From contig JABHOG010000015.1 in assembly GCA_018694835.1 (NCBI GenBank), forward strand, positions 108,192 through 172,191: 64,000 nucleotides of DNA, read 5' to 3'. Under the pieces are notes generated by a model, which saw only the letters and a program-made list of their open reading frames with translations, searched no databases and had not been told where the DNA came from. The position numbers and the translations under genes are program-made. Positions 27,688-36,655 of the stretch are shown piece by piece. The stretch comes from Planctomycetota bacterium (GTDB taxonomy: Bacteria > Planctomycetota > UBA8108 > UBA1146). Within the stretch, counting starts at the first letter, position 1. Every line of letters starts with the position of its first letter.

Positions 27688-30429
27688 CTATGAGGTCGAA
27701 GTGACCGTTTCCGGTTCACTCGAACTTCCCCCGGGATCGGAGGTGTAGATCAGTTTCAACAGGCGATCGGGCACGTGCACCACCCGGTCCGCAGGGCGTC
27801 CGCCGGTTTTTTTCACCACCGACTCCAGTTTCAGCGCCTGATCGATGACGAGGTTCTTGGGGGCATCGAGATCAACGGTGATTCGATCGACGATCTTCTC
27901 GTTGACCTGGACCGCCAATGAGACCTGAGAAGGTTGGAGCAGTTCCTCGCTGTGCTCGGGCCAGGATTCTTCATCGAGACGATCCGTTTCTCCCAGGCCT
28001 TCCCACAATTCATGGGCCATGTGCGGAGCGAAGGGAGCCAGCAGTACCACGAAGGTCTTGAGGGTCTGCCGATCCACCTCTTCCATGCTGATCTTGTCGC
28101 TGCGGAGCAACTTGACGAATTCCATGAAGGCACTGACCGCCTTGTTGAGGCGGAAGGTACGGATCGCCCGGCTCACTCTCCGGATCAGTCGATGTTTTGC
28201 CACCAGTACATCGCGGCTCACGAATCGACCTTCTCCGACCCTGGCGAGGATCGCCTCATGGGTCCGTTGGAGGAAGCGTGCACAACCACGCAATCCTTCC
28301 TCGTTCCACTCTGCATGATCTTGCGCAGGACCGAGGAACAAGAGATGAAGCCTCATCGCATCGGCGCCGTAGCGTTCCAGGTAGTCTGCGGCCAGCACTC
28401 GTGGCCCACGATGGGCTGTTGCGGGATCGGCACTTTCCGAAACATCCGCGGATCGAATTCGCCCCTGACTGAAGAGACGCCGAAATGGCTCTTCCCGACG
28501 AGTGATTCCCAGATCCTTGAGGAAATGGCTGATGAATCGTACATAGAGCAGGTGCAACTCGGCGTGCTCGATTCCTCCGACACACAAATTCACGGGAGCC
28601 CACTGCTGAACCAGCTCGGGTGCGGCAATTTGGCCGACCAGCGTCGGATCGAGGGATCGAAGATGGGTCCAACAGGATGCGATCCAGTCCGGCATCGTAT
28701 CGGTACAGCGGCGAGCGGCGGCACCACAACCGGGACAAGTCGTGTCGACCCACTGCGGGTACGCTGCCAGCGGGCTGCTCCCCTCAGAGGAGTTTTCGAC
28801 CTTTGCAATCTCTGGCAGCAATACCGGTAATTGATCCTCGGGGACAGGTACCTTGCCACACTCATCGCATTCGATGATGGGAATCGGTTCGCCCCAGATT
28901 CTTTGACGCTCGAAGGCCCAGTCGTGCAATTTCCAGTCGACATGCGATTCGACCAGATCGCGTGATTCCAGTGAACTCTGGATCGAGCGAGCGGAATCTC
29001 CCCCGTCGCTCCCCCTGCGTCGTCCCGACCGCCTCCTCCTTCGTCCCGACTGCTGACTTCCGCGAGTATGGGGCAGACCAAAGTTGTTGGCAAATTCGAG
29101 ATGAGCGGGATGCGCCGAGGGGATGCCGAGAATCGCACCGAAGCGAATCTCGGGGAGCACGTAACTGCTGACCCAGATCGGCATCTTATCGAGGGTCACG
29201 GGGTTGAGGCAGTAGGCTCCGGTCGGCACGCCATCGGGAGCTCCCCTGGATGTCACCCGATCTCGTTCAGAGAGTTGCCGACACTTCTCGATGTACTCGA
29301 TAACATCATCGCGCTGAATCGCATCGACGATGCCTTCCAGCAGCGGGTGCTCTGGACTGAGTACGACAAAGGTCGCATCGGCCAGAGCATCGATTCTCCG
29401 GGAGAAGACATCGATCTCTTCCCAGCCATCGTGAAGTTCTGCGCTGGCCTTGAGGGTCAGACGTGTGCCCTCCCTGCGGCCGATCCAGTTGCGTTGGAGT
29501 AGTTTGGTACGAGCGGGCCACTTCAGTTGCTTGAGACCCGTGTGAAGCGGCTCCGCATAATCGGTGATCGCCACCTTCCAGCCATTCTCGTAACGCACCA
29601 GGCCCTTCTCGTGCAACTTGAGGAAGATCCACTGTGACCAGCGATAGCAGTCGGGATCAGAACTGTTCAGTTCATGATCCCAATGCACCATCGCCCCGAA
29701 GTAGTTCAGCTGGTCACGCATCTTCTCGATCCCTTGTTCGACCACCTGCTTCGGTGGAAGACCAGAGGCTCTGGCTTCCTCTTCGATGGACAGGCCAAAG
29801 GAATCCCAGCCGATCGGACGGAAGACATCTCGGCCGCGCGCCTTCTGGTAGCGCGCCACGACATCATTGATGGCGATCCCCCGCAGTTGATTGACACTGA
29901 AACCATCGAGGGAAGGATAGGGAAACATGTCGAGACAATAGAAGGGGCGAAAATCGTCAGTCGATGCTGTCGTCGAAGGGTCCGGCGAAGATTCGGAACT
30001 TTGGCCGTCGTCAGCGCTCTCCGCATCATCACTGGTCTTCTCAGCGGTCGACTGTTCGCCACTGGTTTCTTCGATGACAGCTTCATCGGTGACAGATTCT
30101 TCGATCACGGCTTCTTCAACAATGGGCTCTTCACTACTCGAGTCCGCACCGTTCAAATCCGCAGCGAAGGCTCCCTCATCCGGCCGTTTCTCATCCGCCG
30201 CTGTTTCATCCACCGCTGTTTCATCCGCCGAAGATTCCTCACCCGAAGATTCCTCACCCGAAGATTCCTCAGCAGTGGCGGCTGGCTCCGCATCTACTGG
30301 AGCGGACTCGGGAATTGGATCGGGGATCGGTGCACTCGCTGCGGGGGTGCTACGAATCGGCGATAAGGGAGGATTCTGTTGCCAGATCTCCCTCCAGCGC
30401 TGTTCCAGTTGGTGCAGATCGACGGTCAA
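27688..30429 (-). CDS. Leucyl-tRNA-synthetase-like protein lacking HIGH, KMSKS and CP1 editing signatures (probable pseudo-synthetase paralog)
   Basis: Collinear with LeuS: FYCLDMFPYPS..., ...RPIGWDSFGL..., ...QRNWIGRREG..., ...ERQRIWGEPIPII..., ...VGGIEHAELHLLYVRF..., ...ERYGADAMRL.... The signature positions differ, as described in the findings. Confidence 0.8.
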   Translation of the reverse strand: MTVDLHQLEQRWREIWQQNPPLSPIRSTPAASAPIPDPIPESAPVDAEPAATAEESSGEESSGEESSADETAVDETAADEKRPDEGAFAADLNGADSSSEEPIVEEAVIEESVTDEAVIEETSGEQSTAEKTSDDAESADDGQSSESSPDPSTTASTDDFRPFYCLDMFPYPSLDGFSVNQLRGIAINDVVARYQKARGRDVFRPIGWDSFGLSIEEEARASGLPPKQVVEQGIEKMRDQLNYFGAMVHWDHELNSSDPDCYRWSQWIFLKLHEKGLVRYENGWKVAITDYAEPLHTGLKQLKWPARTKLLQRNWIGRREGTRLTLKASAELHDGWEEIDVFSRRIDALADATFVVLSPEHPLLEGIVDAIQRDDVIEYIEKCRQLSERDRVTSRGAPDGVPTGAYCLNPVTLDKMPIWVSSYVLPEIRFGAILGIPSAHPAHLEFANNFGLPHTRGSQQSGRRRRRSGRRRGSDGGDSARSIQSSLESRDLVESHVDWKLHDWAFERQRIWGEPIPIIECDECGKVPVPEDQLPVLLPEIAKVENSSEGSSPLAAYPQWVDTTCPGCGAAARRCTDTMPDWIASCWTHLRSLDPTLVGQIAAPELVQQWAPVNLCVGGIEHAELHLLYVRFISHFLKDLGITRREEPFRRLFSQGRIRSADVSESADPATAHRGPRVLAADYLERYGADAMRLHLLFLGPAQDHAEWNEEGLRGCARFLQRTHEAILARVGEGRFVSRDVLVAKHRLIRRVSRAIRTFRLNKAVSAFMEFVKLLRSDKISMEEVDRQTLKTFVVLLAPFAPHMAHELWEGLGETDRLDEESWPEHSEELLQPSQVSLAVQVNEKIVDRITVDLDAPKNLVIDQALKLESVVKKTGGRPADRVVHVPDRLLKLIYTSDPGGSSSEPETVTSTS
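30186..30273 (-). repeat. In-frame 15-nt tandem repeats in the acidic insertion of the LeuS-like gene
   Basis: cgaagattcctcacc occurs three times (30229-30273, last copy with 1 mismatch), encoding (G)EESS repeats. gctgtttcatcc(a/g)cc occurs twice (30200-30229), encoding DETA(V/A). Confidence 0.9.
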
Positions 30430-30550
30430 ACGAATCCTCGATCCTAGGGGGACTATTCAGGGCCTTTTCGGGGCCTTTTCTCGTGACCATTGCAGATCCT
30501 CTGGAAGCGCTGATCCTAGGCCCTCTGACTCGTCTCGACAATCGGTTCCC

Positions 30551-30578
30551 TTGACCCGAGAAACGGTCGGGCTATGCT
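30551..30578 (+). promoter_or_regulatory. Candidate sigma70-type promoter for tRNA-Ala
   Basis: TTGACC (30551-30556), 16-nt spacer, then TATGCT (30573-30578), about 57 nt upstream of the tRNA. Pattern match only. Confidence 0.35.
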
Positions 30579-30635
30579 TTTGCCTGCTGGAGATCTCAGA
30601 GATCGTACCAGGGTAGACGCACCAGAATCGATATT

Positions 30636-30711
30636 GGGGCTGTAGCTCAGCTGGGAGAGCGCCTGACTGGCAGTCAGGAGGTCAGGGGTTCGAGCCCCCT
30701 CAGCTCCACCA
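30636..30711 (+). tRNA. tRNA-Ala (anticodon GGC), CCA encoded
   Basis: Hand-folded cloverleaf. Acceptor GGGGCTG/CAGCTCC with the G3:U70 Ala identity pair, D arm GCTC/GAGC, anticodon stem CCTGA/TCAGG with loop CTGGCAG, T arm AGGGG-TTCGAGC-CCCCT, discriminator A plus CCA. Confidence 0.95.
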
Positions 30712-30728
30712 ATTTGAACCGATGCGCT

Positions 30729-30759
30729 CCTTCGTCTTGCGACGAAGGGGCGTTTTTTT
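30729..30759 (+). terminator. Rho-independent terminator after tRNA-Ala
   Basis: Stem CCTTCGTC / GACGAAGG with TTGC loop, followed by GGCG and TTTTTTT (30753-30759). Confidence 0.85.
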
Positions 30760-30818
30760 GATACATGAATAGATCGGCGAATCTGGCGGTCCGATCGGTG
30801 GCGAGGAGAGTGCTGGAA

Positions 30819-31262
30819 TCAAGGATCGACAGATGTCGACGGATCCCCCTTCGATGATCGATTTCGAATGCCGTGAAAACCCGCCAGCAGACCGGCGACC
30901 AGCGCCGAGACGACGGCACAGAAGAGCGACATCGGCATCAGGATCAATCCGGTCATGTCACCACTGCCCGCCTCGACCGCCAGCGCCGTGGCAGCGCCTC
31001 CGATCAGCGCAGCGAAGGTAGACGCCACCCAGACCCTCTTGTGGCGAAGTTGATGGATCACTGCGATGACCACGATGAACGCCACCACGCAGTGTGGAAT
31101 CGACGCATCGTAATAAAAAGAAGCCAGCACTGGCGCAAGGCCATGGAAGTCCATCATTCCTCCGCAATCGATCGGTCGAAGCCAGGTCTCCATCGAAGTG
31201 AAGTGACCCCCATGCTGACGCAGGTGCGCCAATACGCTACCCCTCATGGTGAATTCTGACAC
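30819..31262 (-). CDS. Hypothetical small membrane protein
   Basis: 147-aa ORF with three or four hydrophobic segments (VVAFIVVIAVI, AALIGGAATALAV, LFCAVVSALVAGLLAGF). No family recognised. Confidence 0.4.
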   Translation of the reverse strand: MSEFTMRGSVLAHLRQHGGHFTSMETWLRPIDCGGMMDFHGLAPVLASFYYDASIPHCVVAFIVVIAVIHQLRHKRVWVASTFAALIGGAATALAVEAGSGDMTGLILMPMSLFCAVVSALVAGLLAGFHGIRNRSSKGDPSTSVDP

Positions 31263-31428
31263 GGTTCAATTCGTCACAATGGCCGTGGTATCGTTCAGAA
31301 CAGTGCGCTTTATGCTATTTATCGGAGATTCAACCCCACAGTTCCCCCAGCAGTGGTCCTGAGATCGGTACTGTCCAGCGGCAACTCCCCGATGTACATC
31401 CTTTTCAGTCCATCTGTCTGTAGCCGAA

Positions 31429-32652
31429 ATGACCTGCCAACGATCGGAGCGGATCATACAAGAAGTCGTTGTCGATCAGCCCTACCAGTTCGTACCACCC
31501 CACCGTGGTGGCCTGTTGCCCAGATTGCTCGGGAATCTGTTGATTCCCCGACTGCTGCGCCAGCGCTACGGGATCGTCGATTCCGAGGTCCATGGTGCCG
31601 ATAAAATACGAGCCGCCATCGATGCCGGTCACGGGATCCTGATCACACCCAATCATCCTCGTCCGGCGGATCCGATGGCCCTCTATCCCCTGTGCCAGGC
31701 GACTCAATCTCTCTTCTACGCCATGGCCAGCTGGCACATCTTCATGGAAGGGAAGTTACAGAGGTTCGTCATCCGCATGATGGGAGCCTTCAGTATCTAT
31801 CGCGAGGGAATGGATCGCGCGTCACTGCAGTGTGCGATGGAGATCCTCGAGAAAGCGGAACGCCCACTGGTGATCTTTCCTGAAGGAGCGGTTTCCCGCA
31901 CCAATGATCTTCTCAACCCGTTGATGGAGGGGATCTCGACCATCGCCCGCGGTGCCGCTCGCAAGCGAGCAGCGGGCGACGGCGGCAAGGTGGTCATCTT
32001 TCCCCTGGCGTTTCGATATCATTTCGAGGGGAACATCGAAGAAACTCTGGAGCCGGTCCTCTCGCAGATCGAACAGCGCCTCTCCTGGGCACCACAGCAG
32101 CAGTTAAACCTGCTGCAGCGGATACGCCGTGTCGGAGTGGCCCTGCTCGGACTGAAGGAGATCGAACACCTCGGTGCTACCCAGAGTGGCGACCTCTTTG
32201 CCCGGGTCGATCGTCTGATCGATCACTTGCTACACCCACTGGAGGAGGAGTGGCTCGACGGGCCGCAGAGCGGTGGCGTGGTCAAAAGAAGCAAGAACTT
32301 GCGACGGGTGATTCTCAAGGGGATGGTTTCAGGTGACATCGAGGACAGCGAGAGGGAACGGCGCTGGCAGCAGTTTTCGGCTCTCTACCTGGCACAGCAG
32401 TTGTCGCTCTATCCGCGCGGATATCTTTCCGAGGATTCCCCGGTGGAGCGCTTGCTCGAGACGGTCGAGCGATTCGAGGAGGATCTAACCGATGTCGCCC
32501 GTCCTTACCCACCACAGCGGGTGACCCTGCACGTCTGCGACCCCATCGAGGTGCCGGCAGAAAAAGTTCGAGGAGAAGATCTGTTGATGCAACAGGTCGA
32601 AAGTAGCCTGAAGGCCGCTCTGGGACTTTCGAAGGATGGGACGGCCGGATGA
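31429..32652 (+). CDS. Lysophospholipid/glycerol-phosphate acyltransferase family protein (PlsC-like)
   Basis: HX4D motif in ITPNHPRPAD and FPEG motif in VIFPEGAVSRT. The 407-aa size indicates an extra C-terminal domain. Confidence 0.8.
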   Translation: MTCQRSERIIQEVVVDQPYQFVPPHRGGLLPRLLGNLLIPRLLRQRYGIVDSEVHGADKIRAAIDAGHGILITPNHPRPADPMALYPLCQATQSLFYAMASWHIFMEGKLQRFVIRMMGAFSIYREGMDRASLQCAMEILEKAERPLVIFPEGAVSRTNDLLNPLMEGISTIARGAARKRAAGDGGKVVIFPLAFRYHFEGNIEETLEPVLSQIEQRLSWAPQQQLNLLQRIRRVGVALLGLKEIEHLGATQSGDLFARVDRLIDHLLHPLEEEWLDGPQSGGVVKRSKNLRRVILKGMVSGDIEDSERERRWQQFSALYLAQQLSLYPRGYLSEDSPVERLLETVERFEEDLTDVARPYPPQRVTLHVCDPIEVPAEKVRGEDLLMQQVESSLKAALGLSKDGTAG

Positions 32653-33365
32653 AGTGGAATGCCGATCGCTGGAAACGGGTAGCGCTGGTCGTCTGCGCCC
32701 TGGGACTGTGGTTCTTCACCCAGTCCCTACTCGGCTCCAGGCCGATGGCGGAGGGCTCCCCACTGGCGGGGCAGATCCTCTCCGAAGGGGATGGCCTGTT
32801 CCTGGCGACCGAAGCTGGCCATCAGGCGCTGCACGACCAGCCCGCACTGGCGGATGGATTGCTGATCACCAGTTCCATCTTCATCGACCTGCTGGCGATC
32901 TACCTGATCGCTTCCTCCATCTTCGGCAGCACCATGCGACCTTTCCTGGCCCTTCTGATGCTGTTTTCCCTGCGTCAGATCTGTCAGATGCTGAGCCCAC
33001 TTCCCGCCCCTGCCGGCATGATCTGGCACGATCCCGGCTTTCCATCACTCCTGGTCACCTACCAGGTAGCCAATGACTTCTTCTTCTCGGGCCATACCGC
33101 CATCGCCTGCCTCGGTGCCATCGAACTGGCGAGGCGAGGCTCCCTCTGGTGGATCCCCGCCCTGCTGGTCGCGTTGTTCGAGATGTCTGCGGTGATCCTG
33201 TTGCGAGCACATTACACCATGGATGTTTATACGGGAGCGGTGACCGCAGGACTGGTCGCCATCATCGCCGCCTGGATCGCCCCGAAGATTGATTCGTACC
33301 TCTCCACCGACCCACATCCGCTCGCCTCAACGATCAATCCTGGGCCGCGCCCACGAGGAAATTGA
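32649..33365 (+). CDS. PAP2_C / sphingomyelin-synthase-like integral membrane phosphotransferase
   Basis: FFFSGHTAIA and LRAHYTMDVYTG reproduce the SGHT and HYTxDV motifs of the SMS/PAP2_C family. Polytopic membrane protein. ATGA overlap with the upstream acyltransferase. Confidence 0.7.
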   Translation: MKWNADRWKRVALVVCALGLWFFTQSLLGSRPMAEGSPLAGQILSEGDGLFLATEAGHQALHDQPALADGLLITSSIFIDLLAIYLIASSIFGSTMRPFLALLMLFSLRQICQMLSPLPAPAGMIWHDPGFPSLLVTYQVANDFFFSGHTAIACLGAIELARRGSLWWIPALLVALFEMSAVILLRAHYTMDVYTGAVTAGLVAIIAAWIAPKIDSYLSTDPHPLASTINPGPRPRGN

Positions 33366-33512
33366 GTTGACGCAGAATTCTACCCTTGCCTCGAGCGAGC
33401 CCACTCCTGACAATGAGGTGCCAGTTTGGCCCACCCCGCAGGCCGCAGCAACGGAAGCGAGTCCGACTTGATCTTCTACCGATCCCGTAAGTTCGGGTCA
33501 CGAGAGCGTTTC

Positions 33513-35057
33513 ATGCCGATCTCGGAGCGGATCCGCACTCTCTCCCATGGACTTTTTCTGCTGCTGATCGGAATGCTGATCAGTGCGGATCTACTGGCAT
33601 TCCAGTTTCCCGATGCCGCCGAGCCCGCAGAGCCATCTCTCCGCAATGTTGCGGTGGTAATCAACATCGATCAGCAGATCGACGATAACGTGGTCAAACG
33701 CTTCGATCGCACCATCCAGTTGCTGGTCGAACGAGAAGTTCGAATCGTGATCATCCAGCTCTCCACTCCCGGTGGAACCATCGAGGCCAGTCGACGGCTG
33801 GCGGAATCGATCGACAACCTGTCCGATCAGGACATCACCACCTTTGGCTGGGTACCCAACGGTCAGCAAGCTTATAGCGGCGGCACCATGGTCGCTCTGG
33901 CGTGCACCCACCTGGTGATGGGAGACAACAGCCGCATCGGAGATGTTCAGCCGATCGATATCTTTGGTAACGAACTGCCGGAGAAGATCCAGACCACCGT
34001 CAGGGCCGACATGCGTCGCTGGGCGCGAGATCGCGGTTATCCGATCGCCCTGGCCGAGGCGATGGTCACCAAGGAGATCTCGGTGCTGCAAGTGCGAACC
34101 GCCAACGGACGCACCCGTTACCTGACTGAACAGGAGTACCAGGACTTGCCGGAAGAGGAGCGCAACTCCGCCCAGAAACAGCGCATCGTGGAGCGTGGTG
34201 AGATCCTCACCATCGACGAGAAGGAAGCGTTCGAGTACGGATTCATCTCCCACATCTGCCTGACCCAGGAACAACTCCTGACCGATTTCGGCCTGACTCA
34301 GATGCGTGCACTCAATGCCGGTGAGGCCCTCGGAGAACAAAGGATCGGTGCTCCGGGTGGATTCGCTCTCGACTCCTTCCGCGACTGGGGCAGATTCATC
34401 AAATTCCTGCTGATCTTCGGAGCCGCACTGGCTCTGGTGATCGAATTCAAACTACCGGGAGTGGGCCTCGGGGCCGCACTTTCGCTCGGTTTCTTGAGCC
34501 TGTTCCTGTTCAGTAGTTATGCCGATGGCAATGTCGGCTGGATCGAGCTGTCGCTGTTTGGCCTCGGACTGGTCCTGCTGACGCTGGAACTGTTTGTGAT
34601 CCCTGGTTTCGGCATCTCGGGAATCCTCGGCGTGGTGATCGTCTGTGTCTCGCTGGGACTGTGCTATCAACCTGTCGACGATGTGCTGAGTCTCAGACAG
34701 TTGAGCAAGGACACGTTGCAGGTGGGTGGCGGCCTGACCACTGGATTATTCACGCTACTGATTCTCGCTTACATCTTGCCGAGTCGCTCCAAGAGCAGCG
34801 GTTCCATCATCGATCACTCGACTTTGGAAACAGACGATAGCGCCATCGCCTCCCCGGGATTCGAGGGCGCCACACTTCAGGTCGGCCAGCAAGGATCTCC
34901 CATGCAGGACCTACACCCCTCTGGCAAGGTCGACTTCGAGGGAAAATCGATCGATGTGGTCTCCGAAGGAGGCTTCATCGAAAAGGATATTCGAGTGGAA
35001 GTGGTCGAAGTCGAAGGCAACCGGGTGGTCGTTCGTCCCGTGGTCGAGGAGGCCTGA
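33513..35057 (+). CDS. NfeD-family membrane protease (ClpP-class N-domain, TM block, C-terminal OB domain)
   Basis: ...VVINIDQQIDDNVVKRFDRTIQ...VRIVIIQLSTPGGTIEAS...AYSGGTMVALAC..., then about five TM helices, then a C-terminal ...LHPSGKVDFEGKSIDVVSEGGFIEKDIRVEVVEVEGNRVVV OB-fold. ATG at 33513 preferred (MPISERIRTL...). Confidence 0.85.
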   Translation: MPISERIRTLSHGLFLLLIGMLISADLLAFQFPDAAEPAEPSLRNVAVVINIDQQIDDNVVKRFDRTIQLLVEREVRIVIIQLSTPGGTIEASRRLAESIDNLSDQDITTFGWVPNGQQAYSGGTMVALACTHLVMGDNSRIGDVQPIDIFGNELPEKIQTTVRADMRRWARDRGYPIALAEAMVTKEISVLQVRTANGRTRYLTEQEYQDLPEEERNSAQKQRIVERGEILTIDEKEAFEYGFISHICLTQEQLLTDFGLTQMRALNAGEALGEQRIGAPGGFALDSFRDWGRFIKFLLIFGAALALVIEFKLPGVGLGAALSLGFLSLFLFSSYADGNVGWIELSLFGLGLVLLTLELFVIPGFGISGILGVVIVCVSLGLCYQPVDDVLSLRQLSKDTLQVGGGLTTGLFTLLILAYILPSRSKSSGSIIDHSTLETDDSAIASPGFEGATLQVGQQGSPMQDLHPSGKVDFEGKSIDVVSEGGFIEKDIRVEVVEVEGNRVVVRPVVEEA

Positions 35058-35059
35058 AG

Positions 35060-35536
35060 ATGGAGTGGTGGCTACTTTCTGTCCTGTGCCTCACTGGCCT
35101 GATCCTGCTCTTCCTCGAGGTCTTCATTCCCAGCGGCGGAGTGCTCGCCATCGCAGCGGTGCTGTGTATCGGATACTCCATCTGGGAGTTATGGATTCAG
35201 GATTACCAGCTCCTGGCGGTCATCTGTGTCGCATTCACCGTCCTCTACACCGTCATTCTGTTCAAACTTTGGGTCAAAAAATTCGGTCTCAAGACCAGTC
35301 TCGATGGCGCAGATTCTCTCGGAGATGACGTTCGTGCATCGAGAGCACTGGTGGGCCAACGAGGGTTGGTGATGTCGGACCTCAGACCCGCCGGAATCGC
35401 TCTGGTCGGTGGCCGTCGACTCGACGTGGTGGCCAATACCGGCTACATCGAAAAGGGCGATTCCGTCGTCATCGTTCAATCGGATGGCAATCGAATCGTC
35501 GTCCGAAAGTCAACCGAAGAATCTCAAGATGAATAA
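35060..35536 (+). CDS. Short NfeD-like protein (TM + OB-fold domain)
   Basis: 158 aa with N-terminal TM helices and C-terminal ...LRPAGIALVGGRRLDVVANTGYIEKGDSVVIVQSDGNRIVV. Lies immediately upstream of floA. Confidence 0.8.
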   Translation: MEWWLLSVLCLTGLILLFLEVFIPSGGVLAIAAVLCIGYSIWELWIQDYQLLAVICVAFTVLYTVILFKLWVKKFGLKTSLDGADSLGDDVRASRALVGQRGLVMSDLRPAGIALVGGRRLDVVANTGYIEKGDSVVIVQSDGNRIVVRKSTEESQDE

Positions 35537-35572
35537 ATACAAATGCGTGACCACACCAGTCAGGAGTAACCA

Positions 35573-36640
35573 GTGACCAGTTTATTCGAGTTCTCGTCTG
35601 CATGGATGATCGCACTGCAGGATGGCCCCGATGTCCTCGACATCGTCTTCATGTTCCTGATCATTGCGCTCCTCGTGGTGCTGTTCATCTTCTTCATCAC
35701 CTTCGGACGCCTCTACATCCAGGCCCTCTCATCGGGCATCAAGATCAGCGTCTTTGCCTTCATCGGAATGTGGCTGAGAAAAGTCAGCCCCAGGATCATC
35801 ATCGATTGCCTGATCATGGCGGTCAAAGCCGGGGTCAAGGATGCGGAATCCAACAAGCTCGAAGCGCACTACATGGCCAAGGGGAACGTACGGCGCGTCG
35901 TGCAATCGCTGGTCGCCGCCCATAAGGCCAACATCGATCTCAACTTCGACCAGGCAGCAGCGATCGATCTGGCGGGACGCGATGTTCTCGACGCCGTCCG
36001 AACCAGCGTTCTCCCCAAGGTGATCGACTGCCCCTCCCCAGGCCAGGCTCGCACCACCATCGATGCGGTCGCAGGTGACGGTATTCAGTTGCGTGCTCGT
36101 GCGCGAGTGACGGTACGAACCAACCTGGCCCGACTGGTGGGAGGTGCCACCGAGGAGACCATCATCGCCAGGGTCGGTGAAGGAATCGTCACCACCATCG
36201 GCTCCGCCACCACTCACAAGGACGTGCTCGCCAACCCCGACATGATGTCGAGGATGGTACTGGAAAAAGGTCTCGATTCTGGAACCTCCTTCGAAATCCT
36301 GTCGATCGACATTGCGGATGTCGATGTCGGAGAGAACATCGGCGCAAAATTGCAGGCAGAGCAGGCAGAAGCGGACAAGAGAGTCGCCCAGGCAATGGCA
36401 GAAAAGAAGCGTGCCCTGGCGGTAGCCCAGGAACAGGAAAATATCGCAGGAATCGCATTGAACCGCGCCAAACTGGTCCTCGCCGAAGCAGAAGTTCCGA
36501 AGGCCATCTCGGAAGCCTTGCGCGAGGGCAACCTTGGAGTGATGGACTATTATCGACTGAAAAATCTTCAGGCCGATACGTCGATGCGGCAGTCGATAGG
36601 GGATGAAGATGATGGATCTCACGATGATCCGATCGAGTAA
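35573..36640 (+). CDS. floA: Flotillin-like protein FloA (SPFH/UPF0365)
   Basis: GTG start after AGGAG. ...[40 protein letters not shown]...[15 protein letters not shown]...[15 protein letters not shown]... is collinear with Bacillus YqfA/FloA. Confidence 0.85.
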   Translation: MTSLFEFSSAWMIALQDGPDVLDIVFMFLIIALLVVLFIFFITFGRLYIQALSSGIKISVFAFIGMWLRKVSPRIIIDCLIMAVKAGVKDAESNKLEAHYMAKGNVRRVVQSLVAAHKANIDLNFDQAAAIDLAGRDVLDAVRTSVLPKVIDCPSPGQARTTIDAVAGDGIQLRARARVTVRTNLARLVGGATEETIIARVGEGIVTTIGSATTHKDVLANPDMMSRMVLEKGLDSGTSFEILSIDIADVDVGENIGAKLQAEQAEADKRVAQAMAEKKRALAVAQEQENIAGIALNRAKLVLAEAEVPKAISEALREGNLGVMDYYRLKNLQADTSMRQSIGDEDDGSHDDPIE

Positions 36641-36655
36641 CGGAGTCGATCAGCC

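Noticed and set aside
30186-30273. Short tandem repeats (also at 49385-49444, 25049-25120 and 63651-63680), checked as possible CRISPR or minisatellite loci
   Set aside because: The units are contiguous with no spacers, are 15-36 nt long, are present in only 2-3 copies and are in-frame inside CDSs. They are coding-sequence duplications, not CRISPR arrays.
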